NCBI GenBank assembly: GCA_038890745.1
Contig: JAWAFD010000002.1
Location: 128,001 to 192,000, forward strand
Source of the DNA: Candidatus Anstonellales archaeon
GTDB taxonomy: Archaea > Micrarchaeota > Micrarchaeia > Anstonellales > J096
Length of the DNA stretch: 64,000 nt
Direction: 5' to 3'
Below the pieces are notes generated by a model, which ran no database searches, was not told the origin of the DNA, and saw only the letters and a program-made list of their open reading frames with translations. The translations under genes were made by a program, and so were the position numbers. Each line of letters starts with the position of its first letter. Within the stretch, counting starts at the first letter, position 1. Shown in pieces: positions 46,837 through 56,844 of the stretch.

Positions 46837-47889
46837 ATGAAAATAATAAAAAACAATGTGGTTCCGTACTATTCTTCTTACGATCAGGATAGAGTACCCA
46901 TCAGCGCATGTATTGCTATGATCAGAGAAATAAGAAAAAGAGGGTATGATGTTGAGATAAGCGAAATAAGCAAAAAAGCGGTCGAGAGGATAGCATCGTG
47001 GGATAGATGGAAGTGGTACGAAGAAGCGGCCGCGTTAGGTTTTTTTTATATTCAGAAAAAAGGAGTTTTTCAAATTTACGACGAGATTTATAAGAAAATA
47101 AAAGAGCGATATAAAGAAAAAAGAAAATTTATGAATATAGTAGGTTTGTATTGGTTAAAATATTTTTATTCCAAGTCTGAGGATGGCTATATTCTAAAAC
47201 CAAGAGAGGAGGTAATCGAGATCCTGAGGTCTTTACCATGCAATGTTTATGATGATATAACAAAAAGAGTCTTTCCAGAAACAGAGAAGCAAAAAAAACT
47301 GAGAGAAATCATTGCAGAGTATCTGGCTTTGGGAAACCGATACATTCCTTTACACAAGCTTTTTGAGATGTTTGAAGCAGCTGGTTATTCTGGTTCCACC
47401 AATTCCCGTCTCCATATCCGCAAGGTTATACGCGGTATTAGTAGTAGAATTGGCACGGAAATTTTGATACTTAACAAAAATGAAGAGTTAAGGTTCTTAC
47501 TTGAAAGGGAGCTTGCTGAATACTCAAAAAAATTTGGCGCGAAAATTACAAAGAGAGAACTTATGAAGCTTTCCGAGAGAGTAGGATACTCAAGGTATAC
47601 CTTTCAAAAGGCGTCCTATACCCAGCTTAAAGCCCTCTGCCCCATGATCGGTGAAAAAATAATCCTTGTCAGCCCGGAGGTAAGACGAAAAGAAATCATC
47701 CATCTTTTTGAAACCGGGAAAATCACTCCTCAGGAAGCTGCAGAGATTCTGTCCACAATATTCCTATTCAATGAAAATAGAATGAAAATTCTTGAGTATC
47801 TGCTTGAGTATAAAAGGTTAAACCGTGCGTTTCCCCGTCATCCCACATCAATGGAAAGAAAAATAATTCATTCTGTTTTGGTGTCATAA
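46837..47889 (+). CDS. Hypothetical basic protein
   Basis: 350-aa ORF, GGGGGAG RBS, divergent from the PPR gene. Confidence 0.6.
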   Translation: MKIIKNNVVPYYSSYDQDRVPISACIAMIREIRKRGYDVEISEISKKAVERIASWDRWKWYEEAAALGFFYIQKKGVFQIYDEIYKKIKERYKEKRKFMNIVGLYWLKYFYSKSEDGYILKPREEVIEILRSLPCNVYDDITKRVFPETEKQKKLREIIAEYLALGNRYIPLHKLFEMFEAAGYSGSTNSRLHIRKVIRGISSRIGTEILILNKNEELRFLLERELAEYSKKFGAKITKRELMKLSERVGYSRYTFQKASYTQLKALCPMIGEKIILVSPEVRRKEIIHLFETGKITPQEAAEILSTIFLFNENRMKILEYLLEYKRLNRAFPRHPTSMERKIIHSVLVS

Positions 47890-47943
47890 TCGGATAAGAT
47901 ATGTTTTAATATCTTTCTGCGCATAATATTGTTCGGTGAGCAA

Positions 47944-48312
47944 ATGGCCGATCTGTTTTCATCTTCGAAGAAATCAAAGTATGAAGACCCATACCTTAGT
48001 TTGAAAACAACTGTTGAACTTCTACTCGACAGGATAGCAAGCTGCGAAAAAAGGATAGAGGCGATAGATGAGAAGCAGGAGCTTGTCTTCCGTGAGCTTT
48101 CAAGGCTTTCAGAAGAAGTTGATGCTTCAAAGAGGCAGAGCGCAAGCAAGCATGATGAGCTAAACGGGAAGTTAAAAACGCTCGGCCTGGAATACGCAAA
48201 CCTAAAATCCACGATTCTGGAGCTTAAAAGGGAGCTTAACGAGAAAGCGAAAATAGATGACCTTGCGGAGATAAAAAACTATATAAGTATAAAAAAGGGT
48301 GAGAGAGAATGA
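47944..48312 (+). CDS. Coiled-coil hypothetical protein
   Basis: GGTGA RBS; heptad pattern. Confidence 0.6.
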   Translation: MADLFSSSKKSKYEDPYLSLKTTVELLLDRIASCEKRIEAIDEKQELVFRELSRLSEEVDASKRQSASKHDELNGKLKTLGLEYANLKSTILELKRELNEKAKIDDLAEIKNYISIKKGERE

Positions 48313-49349
48313 TAGAATTAATTCTTGCAGGTGTTGCGGTTATAGGTGTTGGGTATGCGCTTTATAAAATATCAGAAATAGATGCAGTTACAAAAAAGAT
48401 TGCCATGCCTGTAAATGAAATGGAGCAACTTGAAAAAAGGCTCATAAAATTAAGGGAGGACTTCAACAACCTTCTTGCTGAATACGGGGATGTAGGCCAG
48501 GTTTCCGTGAGGCTCAAGCGTCTTGAGGATAAGCAGCTGGAGATAAGCGCGGAGTTTAAGGAGTTTGATGGAAAGCTGAACTCTTTTGGGGATGAGTTTT
48601 CAAAAGTTGAGAAGATGTTCGAGAATTTTGGTGATAGGCAGGGCGAGGCAGAGGGAAGGCTCTCTGAGCTTGAGGCTGACATCGCTCAGCTCAGCCAGAT
48701 AGCAAAAAGACTCACTGCATTTGAGGAAAGCGTGATGAGGCTTGAGGCTTTCAACGCTCAGCTTTCGGACGAAGCGAAAAGAATAGACTCGGATATGAGA
48801 AACATGAAGGACAAGCTGGAAGAGATGAAATTTATAGTTGGCAGCTTGCAATCCTTTAAGAAAGAGCTGAGCGAATCCACAACAGCAATCGGGAACAAAA
48901 CCGGTGAGCTTGAGAGAAGGATGCAGAAAATAGAAGCATTCTTTGAATACGCAAAGGATATCGAGAGAAGCGTCCGGGCTATGAGTGCGAAGTTTGATGC
49001 ATTCGACAAATCAAAGAGTTTGATGTTTGACCTTCTCACAAAAACAAGGGAGGAGGTAAAGGAGATAAGCGAGCAGATGAAATCCGTGCGCGCCCCGGTT
49101 GTTTACAAGATTCTGAAAAACATAGAAAGCGATGTTTCAAAACACGAGAGGTCTGTCAATGACCTCTCCTATGAAGTTTCCCTCCTAAGGGCAAGGCTTC
49201 AGGAGATGCAGGCAAAATACTCAGAACTCGTGAGCCCTGATGCATTCCAACTGCTCACATACGAAAAAGACATCCAGCGCCTAAACAGCAGGCTTGATGA
49301 AATCCAGCAGACGCTCGCCAATATAGAAGAGGATGCGAAAGAGCTGTAA
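48309..49349 (+). CDS. Membrane-anchored long coiled-coil protein
   Basis: N-terminal TM then about 300 aa of heptads. Confidence 0.7.
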   Translation: MIELILAGVAVIGVGYALYKISEIDAVTKKIAMPVNEMEQLEKRLIKLREDFNNLLAEYGDVGQVSVRLKRLEDKQLEISAEFKEFDGKLNSFGDEFSKVEKMFENFGDRQGEAEGRLSELEADIAQLSQIAKRLTAFEESVMRLEAFNAQLSDEAKRIDSDMRNMKDKLEEMKFIVGSLQSFKKELSESTTAIGNKTGELERRMQKIEAFFEYAKDIERSVRAMSAKFDAFDKSKSLMFDLLTKTREEVKEISEQMKSVRAPVVYKILKNIESDVSKHERSVNDLSYEVSLLRARLQEMQAKYSELVSPDAFQLLTYEKDIQRLNSRLDEIQQTLANIEEDAKEL

Positions 49350-49364
49350 AACAAAAATAAAACA

Positions 49365-49490
49365 CTATCTCCAATTTTTTTCCTTCAGAATTTCCACAGC
49401 TCTCTTTATCTCCAAGAGCTCCTTTCTTGTGCTCTCAAGCTCTGCTTTTAATTCTTCTATCTTTTTGTTTAGGTCTTTTTTCTCCACCAT
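49365..49490 (-). CDS. Small coiled-coil protein (41 aa, MVEKKDLNKKIEELKAELESTRKELLEIKRAVEILKEKNWR)
   Basis: Manual translation; follows 49508-49834 on the same strand. Confidence 0.55.
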   Translation of the reverse strand: MVEKKDLNKKIEELKAELESTRKELLEIKRAVEILKEKNWR

Positions 49491-49507
49491 TCTCTCGCCT
49501 TACGTTG

Positions 49508-49834
49508 CTATTTCTTTCCTCTTTTTTTCTCAAGTTTTTCAGAGAGGATTTTGCTCACGCTTTTTAACTGGCCGTTTATCTCGCCCAACCTTTTGTTTAT
49601 CTCACTCAGCTGCTCTGCAGAGCCAATCTTCTGTTTGTCCATGAGCCTTTTTAACTCAGCCATATCTGCTTTCAGCTCGTTCTGCGTTTCTATGAGTTCT
49701 GCTTTCAGCATCTCCAGCTCACTTATTCTCTTATCATACTCCTTGAGCTTCTCAACGATCGCAAGCTCTGTAATCCTGTATATCTCATCCTTAAGCTCCT
49801 CCCCTATAAGTTTCTGTAAATCCTTGTCTGCCAT
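49508..49834 (-). CDS. Coiled-coil hypothetical protein
   Basis: GGGGTG RBS; heptads. Confidence 0.6.
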   Translation of the reverse strand: MADKDLQKLIGEELKDEIYRITELAIVEKLKEYDKRISELEMLKAELIETQNELKADMAELKRLMDKQKIGSAEQLSEINKRLGEINGQLKSVSKILSEKLEKKRGKK

Positions 49835-49939
49835 ATTTACACCCCGTGTTAAGTTTTATAACAAAACTAATTTAAACCCTTTCCTTTGCTCTAATAGAAA
49901 AATTTATAAATCTTCAATGTAAGTTTAAAAACGATCCCC

Positions 49940-50479
49940 ATGCCAGAAGCCGGAAAGGAGTGCGAGTTATACCGGCTAATTGTTATGCGGTATAAGGAGC
50001 TAATAGAAAAAAGCGAGGATAAAACGATAACTGAAGTACGTGCTATGATTTCGCCGTACAATGAATTTATACAGAAAAAGAAAGCTGAACTTCTTTCAGA
50101 TTTCCCTTCGTATGATCCAGAAAAGGACTTTTTCTCAATTGCGCAGAAAGCAATAGAATACATAAAAGGTATAGAAAATATAGAAATGCCGGTGAAATTC
50201 TGGTTGAGTTTTGAGGAGTTGGATAGGCTTAGGGCCGGTAATGTTTACAACCAATCCATCCTTCTTGCATCCCTTTTCCGCGCTCTTGATGGAAAGGATG
50301 TTCTTGTGTACGCAACAGAAAAAGGGAATTTCTATGTTGGCTTTTCCTGGCAGGGATTAAGGTATGCCGTCAACCCGGAAAACGGAGCGATGTTCATAGG
50401 TGAGGATGTCTCAAAACTTTTTCAGGAAGACAGGCCGATGTATGCATTTTCTGATTTGGTTTTTGAATCATTTGATTAA
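49940..50479 (+). CDS. Hypothetical protein, degenerate transglutaminase-like fold
   Basis: FWLSFEE....AGN....ILLASLFRAL; Cys of the usual GDC motif absent. Confidence 0.55.
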   Translation: MPEAGKECELYRLIVMRYKELIEKSEDKTITEVRAMISPYNEFIQKKKAELLSDFPSYDPEKDFFSIAQKAIEYIKGIENIEMPVKFWLSFEELDRLRAGNVYNQSILLASLFRALDGKDVLVYATEKGNFYVGFSWQGLRYAVNPENGAMFIGEDVSKLFQEDRPMYAFSDLVFESFD

Positions 50480-50901
50480 AGATCTGAAAATATCTCTTCG
50501 GGCTCTTTTCTGAATTTTATTCCTTTATCGATTATGATATCTTTCCTTTTTACCGCCCTCTCAAATACTTTTTTGTATTTCTCGAAATTGTTTTTTCCTA
50601 CTAGTACAACGCCATCCTTTAAGCATTCCCAAACAATCGGGTTGTACTGCTTGAGTAAGGATTCAAATTCTTTTGTGGTGTAGCAAATCGGCTCGATAGA
50701 AGTTTTTCCCTTCCAAAAGTCCATTACAGAAGCTATTCTTTCAAAGAAATTCTGCCCAAAATCATCCGAAACGAAGAGAATGTCATAATCGCTTGAGATA
50801 AGATTGTCCCCCCTTGCCCTAGACCCAAACAAAACAGCAAAATTCAGTTTATATTTTTTATCAACTTTGTTTACGAACTCTATAATTTTTCTTTCGACCA
50901 T
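50476..50901 (-). CDS. MNT nucleotidyltransferase
   Basis: LFGSRARGD...SDYDILFVSDDF. Confidence 0.9.
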   Translation of the reverse strand: MVERKIIEFVNKVDKKYKLNFAVLFGSRARGDNLISSDYDILFVSDDFGQNFFERIASVMDFWKGKTSIEPICYTTKEFESLLKQYNPIVWECLKDGVVLVGKNNFEKYKKVFERAVKRKDIIIDKGIKFRKEPEEIFSDL

Positions 50902-51257
50902 TCAAGCACCTTTTTTGCTTTTTTCAACAAATTTTTTGCGGTTTCTTCTGTGTATATCTCAAAGGGTGCCCCTCCGATCGCATCCGGGTAGCGGGATGTT
51001 ATGTAATGCGGGGTTAGGTCTCTGCATGCAAGCGATATATCCAATGGCGCATTCAATAGTTCAGCATACTCGCGGAGGTTGTGGGTCTTTGGAGGCATCT
51101 CTTTTAGTTTTTCGTATGCAACTGCTTTGAGTGCTTTTTCAGCAACCTGATGGGAAAGGAAAGAAACAAGGTCATATGCCTCCTCCTTCAAAAGTTTTTC
51201 AGCATTATGTAAATCAACCTCGGCCTGCTTTATCAGGTATTCGCTCTCCTTTCTCAT
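50880..51257 (-). CDS. HEPN domain protein
   Basis: FLSHQVAEKALKA, KTHNL, YITSRYPD. Confidence 0.9.
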   Translation of the reverse strand: MRKESEYLIKQAEVDLHNAEKLLKEEAYDLVSFLSHQVAEKALKAVAYEKLKEMPPKTHNLREYAELLNAPLDISLACRDLTPHYITSRYPDAIGGAPFEIYTEETAKNLLKKAKKVLEWSKEKL

Positions 51258-51308
51258 ACTCCTTTTTCACAAAAAACAAATATAAACTTTTCCTTCGAAT
51301 TTTTGGTG

Positions 51309-52871
51309 ATGAAAAGCCTACCTCTTTTCTTGATCGGCTTTATGTTTCTTCTCCCCTCCCTGTCTGCTCAGGTTATTACAGAAGGCGGAAATGTAACAGA
51401 GGTTAATCTGAATGTTACAGAATTCCCCACGAGCCGATGGGCTGGGATTGTTGGGTGGATGAACCATTCCGCAACCCCTAATCCTGACCTTTCCATATAT
51501 GATATAAACATCCCATCATCCGGTATATACACCGCCTGGCCAGAGGGAAACTACTATGACATGCCCCTCATTGTTACACGGCTTTCTGTGAAACCAGACC
51601 CCGCGTATTTTCAAACTCCGGTTCTGAGCGATTTTCTTGAATACGGGATGTTCTGGAACTTTACTGTTTTTAACGGGTGGAGCTTTTCCATCGCAGACAG
51701 CCCGAACGCAACCCTCTGCAACCCATGTACGTATACAACATGCGAAATCCTATACCTCTCAATCCCGTGCGTATACATAAACCTTGCGCAGGATTTTCAG
51801 ATGAAGGTTTTGAAATTTAGCAATGGAACGGATGTTGAGCCAATATTCATATGCAACATCTCAAACGGAACCGGTTACAATGGAACGGTTTATGAGTTTG
51901 AGTACCTTGTTCCTGCAAAAGAGGTTTACTCATTCTACATCTATCCGCAGGAATGCAACATCACTGTTTACATAGATGGTGTGCAGACAACCGTTTTCCC
52001 AAATACAGCTAATGTTTATGACCTCCGTGCGGTTGTAAGGCACAGAAACCTTTCAATTGCCCAGAACGCAACCGTTTATTTGGTTGAAGAGAACGGGAGG
52101 AACATTCTCCTCCCCATCCTCGGTTTAGGAAAAGAATACAAAGAGGTCTCTGCGATGAAAACAAACTCAACCGGAGAGGTTAGGTACGCGGCAGCACCAA
52201 CAAGATACAACATTCCAGATTCCTATGGCTACCGAATCTATCTTCTCTCCCTAGACCCCTACTGCATCCAAAACCTCTCGATTGCCGATTACTCCTCAAT
52301 CTCTCCCCGCTACCGTTCTTCCCTCATAGACAATTCCTACTCCAGCCAAGTAAAAAGCTCTGTTCAGAATATGAACGCGCTTGCCTCCACAACAACAAAA
52401 TGGATAACCCAGCAGAAAACAAAGGAGCATTACATAAACGCAACAACCTCTGGCTATGCAAATACAAGCACCCTAAAAGTTGGTGCGCCGAACAAAATAA
52501 ACATAACCCTCCGCGATGGAGGAAATATTGTAGAAGGCGAGCTTAGGATAAGCGATAGCGATGGTTACATAATTGTTGCCCCCCTCCAGCCAGAGAAAAT
52601 TTTCTACTCAAACAACGCAACCTTCTCAACATACGAAGAGTTCACCATCATCCCTACACGCTACAACAATAACGCAAATTTCACGATAAAAGTTTTTTAC
52701 AACTACATGAATGTTGCAAATGTTACATTCACATACGATGAGCTTCTTGAAGACCCGCAGCCATCAGACCCTACCATGGACCCAGCAACCCACTCCGCTT
52801 TTTCAGCCGGCATCCAGAACATAAACATCGTTCTTATAAACATGGGACGGAGCATCTCAACCGTTCCATGA
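51309..52871 (+). CDS. Secreted multidomain surface protein
   Basis: Signal peptide; N-terminal domain paralogous to 63018; two IIPT/AAPT domains. Confidence 0.75.
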   Translation: MKSLPLFLIGFMFLLPSLSAQVITEGGNVTEVNLNVTEFPTSRWAGIVGWMNHSATPNPDLSIYDINIPSSGIYTAWPEGNYYDMPLIVTRLSVKPDPAYFQTPVLSDFLEYGMFWNFTVFNGWSFSIADSPNATLCNPCTYTTCEILYLSIPCVYINLAQDFQMKVLKFSNGTDVEPIFICNISNGTGYNGTVYEFEYLVPAKEVYSFYIYPQECNITVYIDGVQTTVFPNTANVYDLRAVVRHRNLSIAQNATVYLVEENGRNILLPILGLGKEYKEVSAMKTNSTGEVRYAAAPTRYNIPDSYGYRIYLLSLDPYCIQNLSIADYSSISPRYRSSLIDNSYSSQVKSSVQNMNALASTTTKWITQQKTKEHYINATTSGYANTSTLKVGAPNKINITLRDGGNIVEGELRISDSDGYIIVAPLQPEKIFYSNNATFSTYEEFTIIPTRYNNNANFTIKVFYNYMNVANVTFTYDELLEDPQPSDPTMDPATHSAFSAGIQNINIVLINMGRSISTVP

Positions 52872-52884
52872 GCAAGGTGATAAA

Positions 52885-54630
52885 ATGAAAAAATTAATTT
52901 TGTTTTTTGTTTTTCTTCTAATCACAGCCACCGCGTCTTCAAAATATTATCTTTTAGACGGTGCGGACCTTACATACACAATAAATAATGATGGAACAGT
53001 CCATGTTACAGAAAGAATAACGTATGAGCTTAATGGATGTTTCAAAGAGTTGTATCTGGAAAAACCAACCGACCTTATAATTACAAACGCGCGCGGGTAC
53101 TGCGAAAATGCGAAATGCACATTCAGAATAGATGAGCCAAGTGTCTCTATTTCCGGCTACAGAGAGCTGATTCTTTCGCTGGATTCCGGCGGATGCGACA
53201 ACAGGGTAACCGCTGTTTTTGATTACGATATCTATGCCATAAAAATTTACAAAGACACTGCTCAGTTTTACTATAAACTTTGGGGCGACCATTGGGATTC
53301 TCCAACCCCTCTAATCGCAACAATAAACCTTCCAGGACCCACCGCCCAAACAAAATATTTCGTTCATTCTTTTTCGGATTACGGTGTGGATTCCGCAGGA
53401 AGTTCTATTCAAATCTCTGCGTATCAACCCGCAAATCAATACCTTGAAATAAACCTTCTCATGCCATTGGAATGGTTTGAAGACCGCGAAAGCAGTATCT
53501 ACTACCATGATTACAAACATTCAAAATCAGATATACTAAAAATAGAGGAACAGCAAATGAATGAGCAGAAATTCTGGAAATCCATTGCTTGTTTTGTCTT
53601 TTTCTTTTCCATTCTACTTGTGCTCGTTCCGTTTTTCACCTTCCCACTCCTTTACTATTTTTTCGGAACAGAGTACTCACCGGAGCAGGTTGGGTATTCT
53701 GGGGAGTATGAGCGCGAGCCTCCCTCTCCCAATCCACCAGCAGAAGCACCGTTTTTTATAGAAGCCCAATTCTCTTCAGCATCCCTGCCCGCAACCATCA
53801 TGCACCTGATTTACAAAGGATATTTGGATATTATAGAAGATAAGACAAAAAACGATATTCTTCTTGTTCCTGGCAAAGGAAAAGGCGAACTTAAAGAGTA
53901 CGAGAAATCCCTTCTTGATTACATGCTATCAAAGATGGAAAACAAAAAGCTCAGCATGAAAAAGTTCCGCGATAGCGTTACCTCTTCCTATGCTTTTTAC
54001 GCATGGTTTGAAAAATGGAAGAGCAATGTTGAGAGAACCGTTGATATTGAAAAATACGCCGAGTACAAAGGGTATAACATTGCGAAATGGGTTTTCGGTA
54101 CATTTATTTTAATAGATATAGTTATTTTCTTTATTTCCACTTTCGTCCTTTCATCAAATCCGTTTGCGGTTGAAGCATCCATATTCCTTTCTTTTGGAGC
54201 AATGTTTGGTGGTATAGTATCATTCTTACTTGCTGCCGTCGCCGGAGGAAAGAAAATATGGTTTGGAAGATGGAAAAAGGAAGGAAGAGTTCTTAATCTG
54301 AAATGGAGCAATTTCAAAAAATATCTTAGCGATTTCACGCTGCTTAAAGAGCATCCTCCGAGTTCGGTTAAACTATGGGACTATTACATGAGCTATGCTG
54401 TTGCTTTTGGTGTTGCTGAAAAAACGCTTAAAGCAATGAAGGTTTCTGTTCCAGAAAGAGAGCTTCGCACGAGCCGGCTCTATCCACTCTACCATCAACC
54501 GGTTTATTTCAGCACCATGAGAAGCTCTTTCATACCTTCCTACTCCCCTCCCTCCCGCTCCTCAGGTGGATATGGAAGCATAGGTGGGTTTGGGGGAGGT
54601 TTTGGTGGCGGAGGCGGTGGTGCGCGGTAA
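52885..54630 (+). CDS. DUF2207 family membrane protein
   Basis: DGTVHVTERITY, YEREPP, ATIMHLIYKGY, FKKYLSDF, WDYYMSYAVAFGV, GGGFGGGGGGAR. Confidence 0.92.
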   Translation: MKKLILFFVFLLITATASSKYYLLDGADLTYTINNDGTVHVTERITYELNGCFKELYLEKPTDLIITNARGYCENAKCTFRIDEPSVSISGYRELILSLDSGGCDNRVTAVFDYDIYAIKIYKDTAQFYYKLWGDHWDSPTPLIATINLPGPTAQTKYFVHSFSDYGVDSAGSSIQISAYQPANQYLEINLLMPLEWFEDRESSIYYHDYKHSKSDILKIEEQQMNEQKFWKSIACFVFFFSILLVLVPFFTFPLLYYFFGTEYSPEQVGYSGEYEREPPSPNPPAEAPFFIEAQFSSASLPATIMHLIYKGYLDIIEDKTKNDILLVPGKGKGELKEYEKSLLDYMLSKMENKKLSMKKFRDSVTSSYAFYAWFEKWKSNVERTVDIEKYAEYKGYNIAKWVFGTFILIDIVIFFISTFVLSSNPFAVEASIFLSFGAMFGGIVSFLLAAVAGGKKIWFGRWKKEGRVLNLKWSNFKKYLSDFTLLKEHPPSSVKLWDYYMSYAVAFGVAEKTLKAMKVSVPERELRTSRLYPLYHQPVYFSTMRSSFIPSYSPPSRSSGGYGSIGGFGGGFGGGGGGAR

Positions 54631-54685
54631 GCGAAAGGTTTAAATCCATTTCTTTTCAATTCCCGCTAGAAATGGGGGAGAAAAT

Positions 54686-55057
54686 ATGATGAAGAAAGTA
54701 CAGTCGTTTGGACCTTTAGCATACATTGTGGGATTGGTGATAGCAATAATTGCAGGAGTAGTGCCTCTTGGTGCGAACCTTGTTGTGTGGGTAAGCCTGC
54801 TGCTTGGTTTGATCGGTATCTTTGTCGGACTGATGAACATAAGGGACAAAGAAGTGCTTCTGTTCCTTGTTGCGGCAATAGCGTTCATGATATCAGCATC
54901 GAGCCTTGCTTCAGTATTCTCAACACTTGGCGCTCAGTTCGGTGTAGACTTCCTCGGGCAAGCGATATCCCAGATACTCGCAAATGTTGTTGTGCTTACA
55001 GCACCGGCAGCAGCAGTCGTTGCGATAAAGGCACTCTACGACATTTCGAGAGAATAA
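54686..55057 (+). CDS. Small 4-TM membrane protein
   Basis: GLMNIRDKEVLLFL; hydrophobic throughout. Confidence 0.75.
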   Translation: MMKKVQSFGPLAYIVGLVIAIIAGVVPLGANLVVWVSLLLGLIGIFVGLMNIRDKEVLLFLVAAIAFMISASSLASVFSTLGAQFGVDFLGQAISQILANVVVLTAPAAAVVAIKALYDISRE

Positions 55058-55154
55058 TCTCCAATCCGTTTGTTTTTCTTTTTTATTTTGATCTCTTTTT
55101 CTTTTCAAAAAACAAAAACCAATTTTTATAAACTTTCCCTTCAAATTGTTAGCG

Positions 55155-56840
55155 ATGAAAAGATTGATCTTGCTTTTGTTTCTCTCATCCATAGTTTTTT
55201 CTGCTTATGGAAATATAGTTGACAATTCAAACATAATCCGCAATGTTACCTCTTCAATCTCATACAAGGTTTATGCTGATACATTTGGCGTTAACCCTGA
55301 TTTTGCGCTCATGCTCTGTGGGGCAAGCGGGTATGCGGGTGCTGTGTATTCCGCGAATGTTTCGGGCGCTCCTGTTTACATAACCATAAGCAAAAACCTG
55401 AGTGCAGGGGCAAACTCAACACTAGTCTACACCTCTCAAAATGTTAACTCAACATGCAACCGCACACCGGTTGATCAGTTTGCATTTTCTCAGTTTCAAG
55501 ACATCACCCGAACCCCAAGGGTGTATGTTTCTGCCTTTCCCGGCAGAATTCACATTCTTTACTCTTCAAGCGTAGATGGCTCAAACCCTGAATTTGCAAA
55601 GGTTAATTATTCAAACGGCTGGCTGAAGGGCGACTACTCTGTTACAAGAATTTTTGATGAGAACATCGCCCGAGTAAACGCAACGGTGAGTACGATTACT
55701 TTTGAAACAGATATGGGAACAATTACTCAGAGCGCAAGCGACCCGGAGTGGGGTCTAAACTCCTCAACCGGAAGGAGCATGTTGATTGCTTTGTGCGAGG
55801 ATGACTACGGTGATGTGTGCAGCGATGCAGTGGTAATAAACTCTTCCTCTCAATTCCCAGCACGCTTAAACCTCAACCAGCCCATAGGGGATACCTCTCA
55901 CTATGACAGATATGTTGTTGTGGATGGCTTAGGCTATCCCATATGCATCGGTGCAGACCTTTATGTTTCCATCTCCACCCCAGGCTCTCTTGGATATGGA
56001 GAATCCGGAAATGTAAGTATTACGATTACAAACATCGGAAATGTCCGGGTTACAACAGATTTCGTGATCAACCTTTCTGTTTCAGGGCCCGGAGGGCACT
56101 ACAATTATACCGAATGGACAATTACAGAAACCCTACTTCCAGGCCAGAGCACAACAAGAAACTATACTTTCTTTGCAACCGGCCAGAGTGGAACATATAC
56201 ATTTAGAACTTTTGTTGATACGACGAATGTAATAAGCGAGTGCAACGAAGGGAACAACAACGCAACCGGGACAATTACCGTTGTTCCGAGAAGAGTTCTT
56301 CATGTTAAAATAGATGACAACGAAACATACTATTTCCCTCAATGGGGATATCCTTACAATGTAACCATGTGGGTTACGGACAGCGACAACAACACCCTTA
56401 CCGGATTAACCTTCAAAATTACAGAAACAAACGGCTTAAATCCATTTGTCCCAACTCAACTCTGGAACAGCTCCGGAACAGTGGTTGGGCTTAAGAGCTA
56501 TTCCATAGGGGAATTCGGTTCAAACTCTTCTGGTTATGCCATGTTCACAATCATCCCAACCTGCAACAAGCTCTACACAACCTACATAAGCGAAAATGTG
56601 GATGTTTATGTAGGCAACTATTCCATTACTGTGAATGTATACCAAGGCGGCTCTCCTGTTCCGCTCTATTTCAACGGCTCAACAGTGTATGACCACCCAC
56701 TCTTTGTTTCAAACACCTCGTGCTCTGTTCCTCCATGGACAAACAACAAGGAGCTGGTGAATAAAGACAGGTACGTTCTTCCAATATACGACTGGCTGTA
56801 TGAAGTTTATTCAATAATGAAAAGAATAGCAAACCCGTGA
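55155..56840 (+). CDS. Secreted CARDB-domain surface protein
   Basis: Signal peptide; ITNIGN, LLPGQS, VDTTNVISECNEGNN. Confidence 0.8.
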   Translation: MKRLILLLFLSSIVFSAYGNIVDNSNIIRNVTSSISYKVYADTFGVNPDFALMLCGASGYAGAVYSANVSGAPVYITISKNLSAGANSTLVYTSQNVNSTCNRTPVDQFAFSQFQDITRTPRVYVSAFPGRIHILYSSSVDGSNPEFAKVNYSNGWLKGDYSVTRIFDENIARVNATVSTITFETDMGTITQSASDPEWGLNSSTGRSMLIALCEDDYGDVCSDAVVINSSSQFPARLNLNQPIGDTSHYDRYVVVDGLGYPICIGADLYVSISTPGSLGYGESGNVSITITNIGNVRVTTDFVINLSVSGPGGHYNYTEWTITETLLPGQSTTRNYTFFATGQSGTYTFRTFVDTTNVISECNEGNNNATGTITVVPRRVLHVKIDDNETYYFPQWGYPYNVTMWVTDSDNNTLTGLTFKITETNGLNPFVPTQLWNSSGTVVGLKSYSIGEFGSNSSGYAMFTIIPTCNKLYTTYISENVDVYVGNYSITVNVYQGGSPVPLYFNGSTVYDHPLFVSNTSCSVPPWTNNKELVNKDRYVLPIYDWLYEVYSIMKRIANP

Positions 56841-56844
56841 TAGG

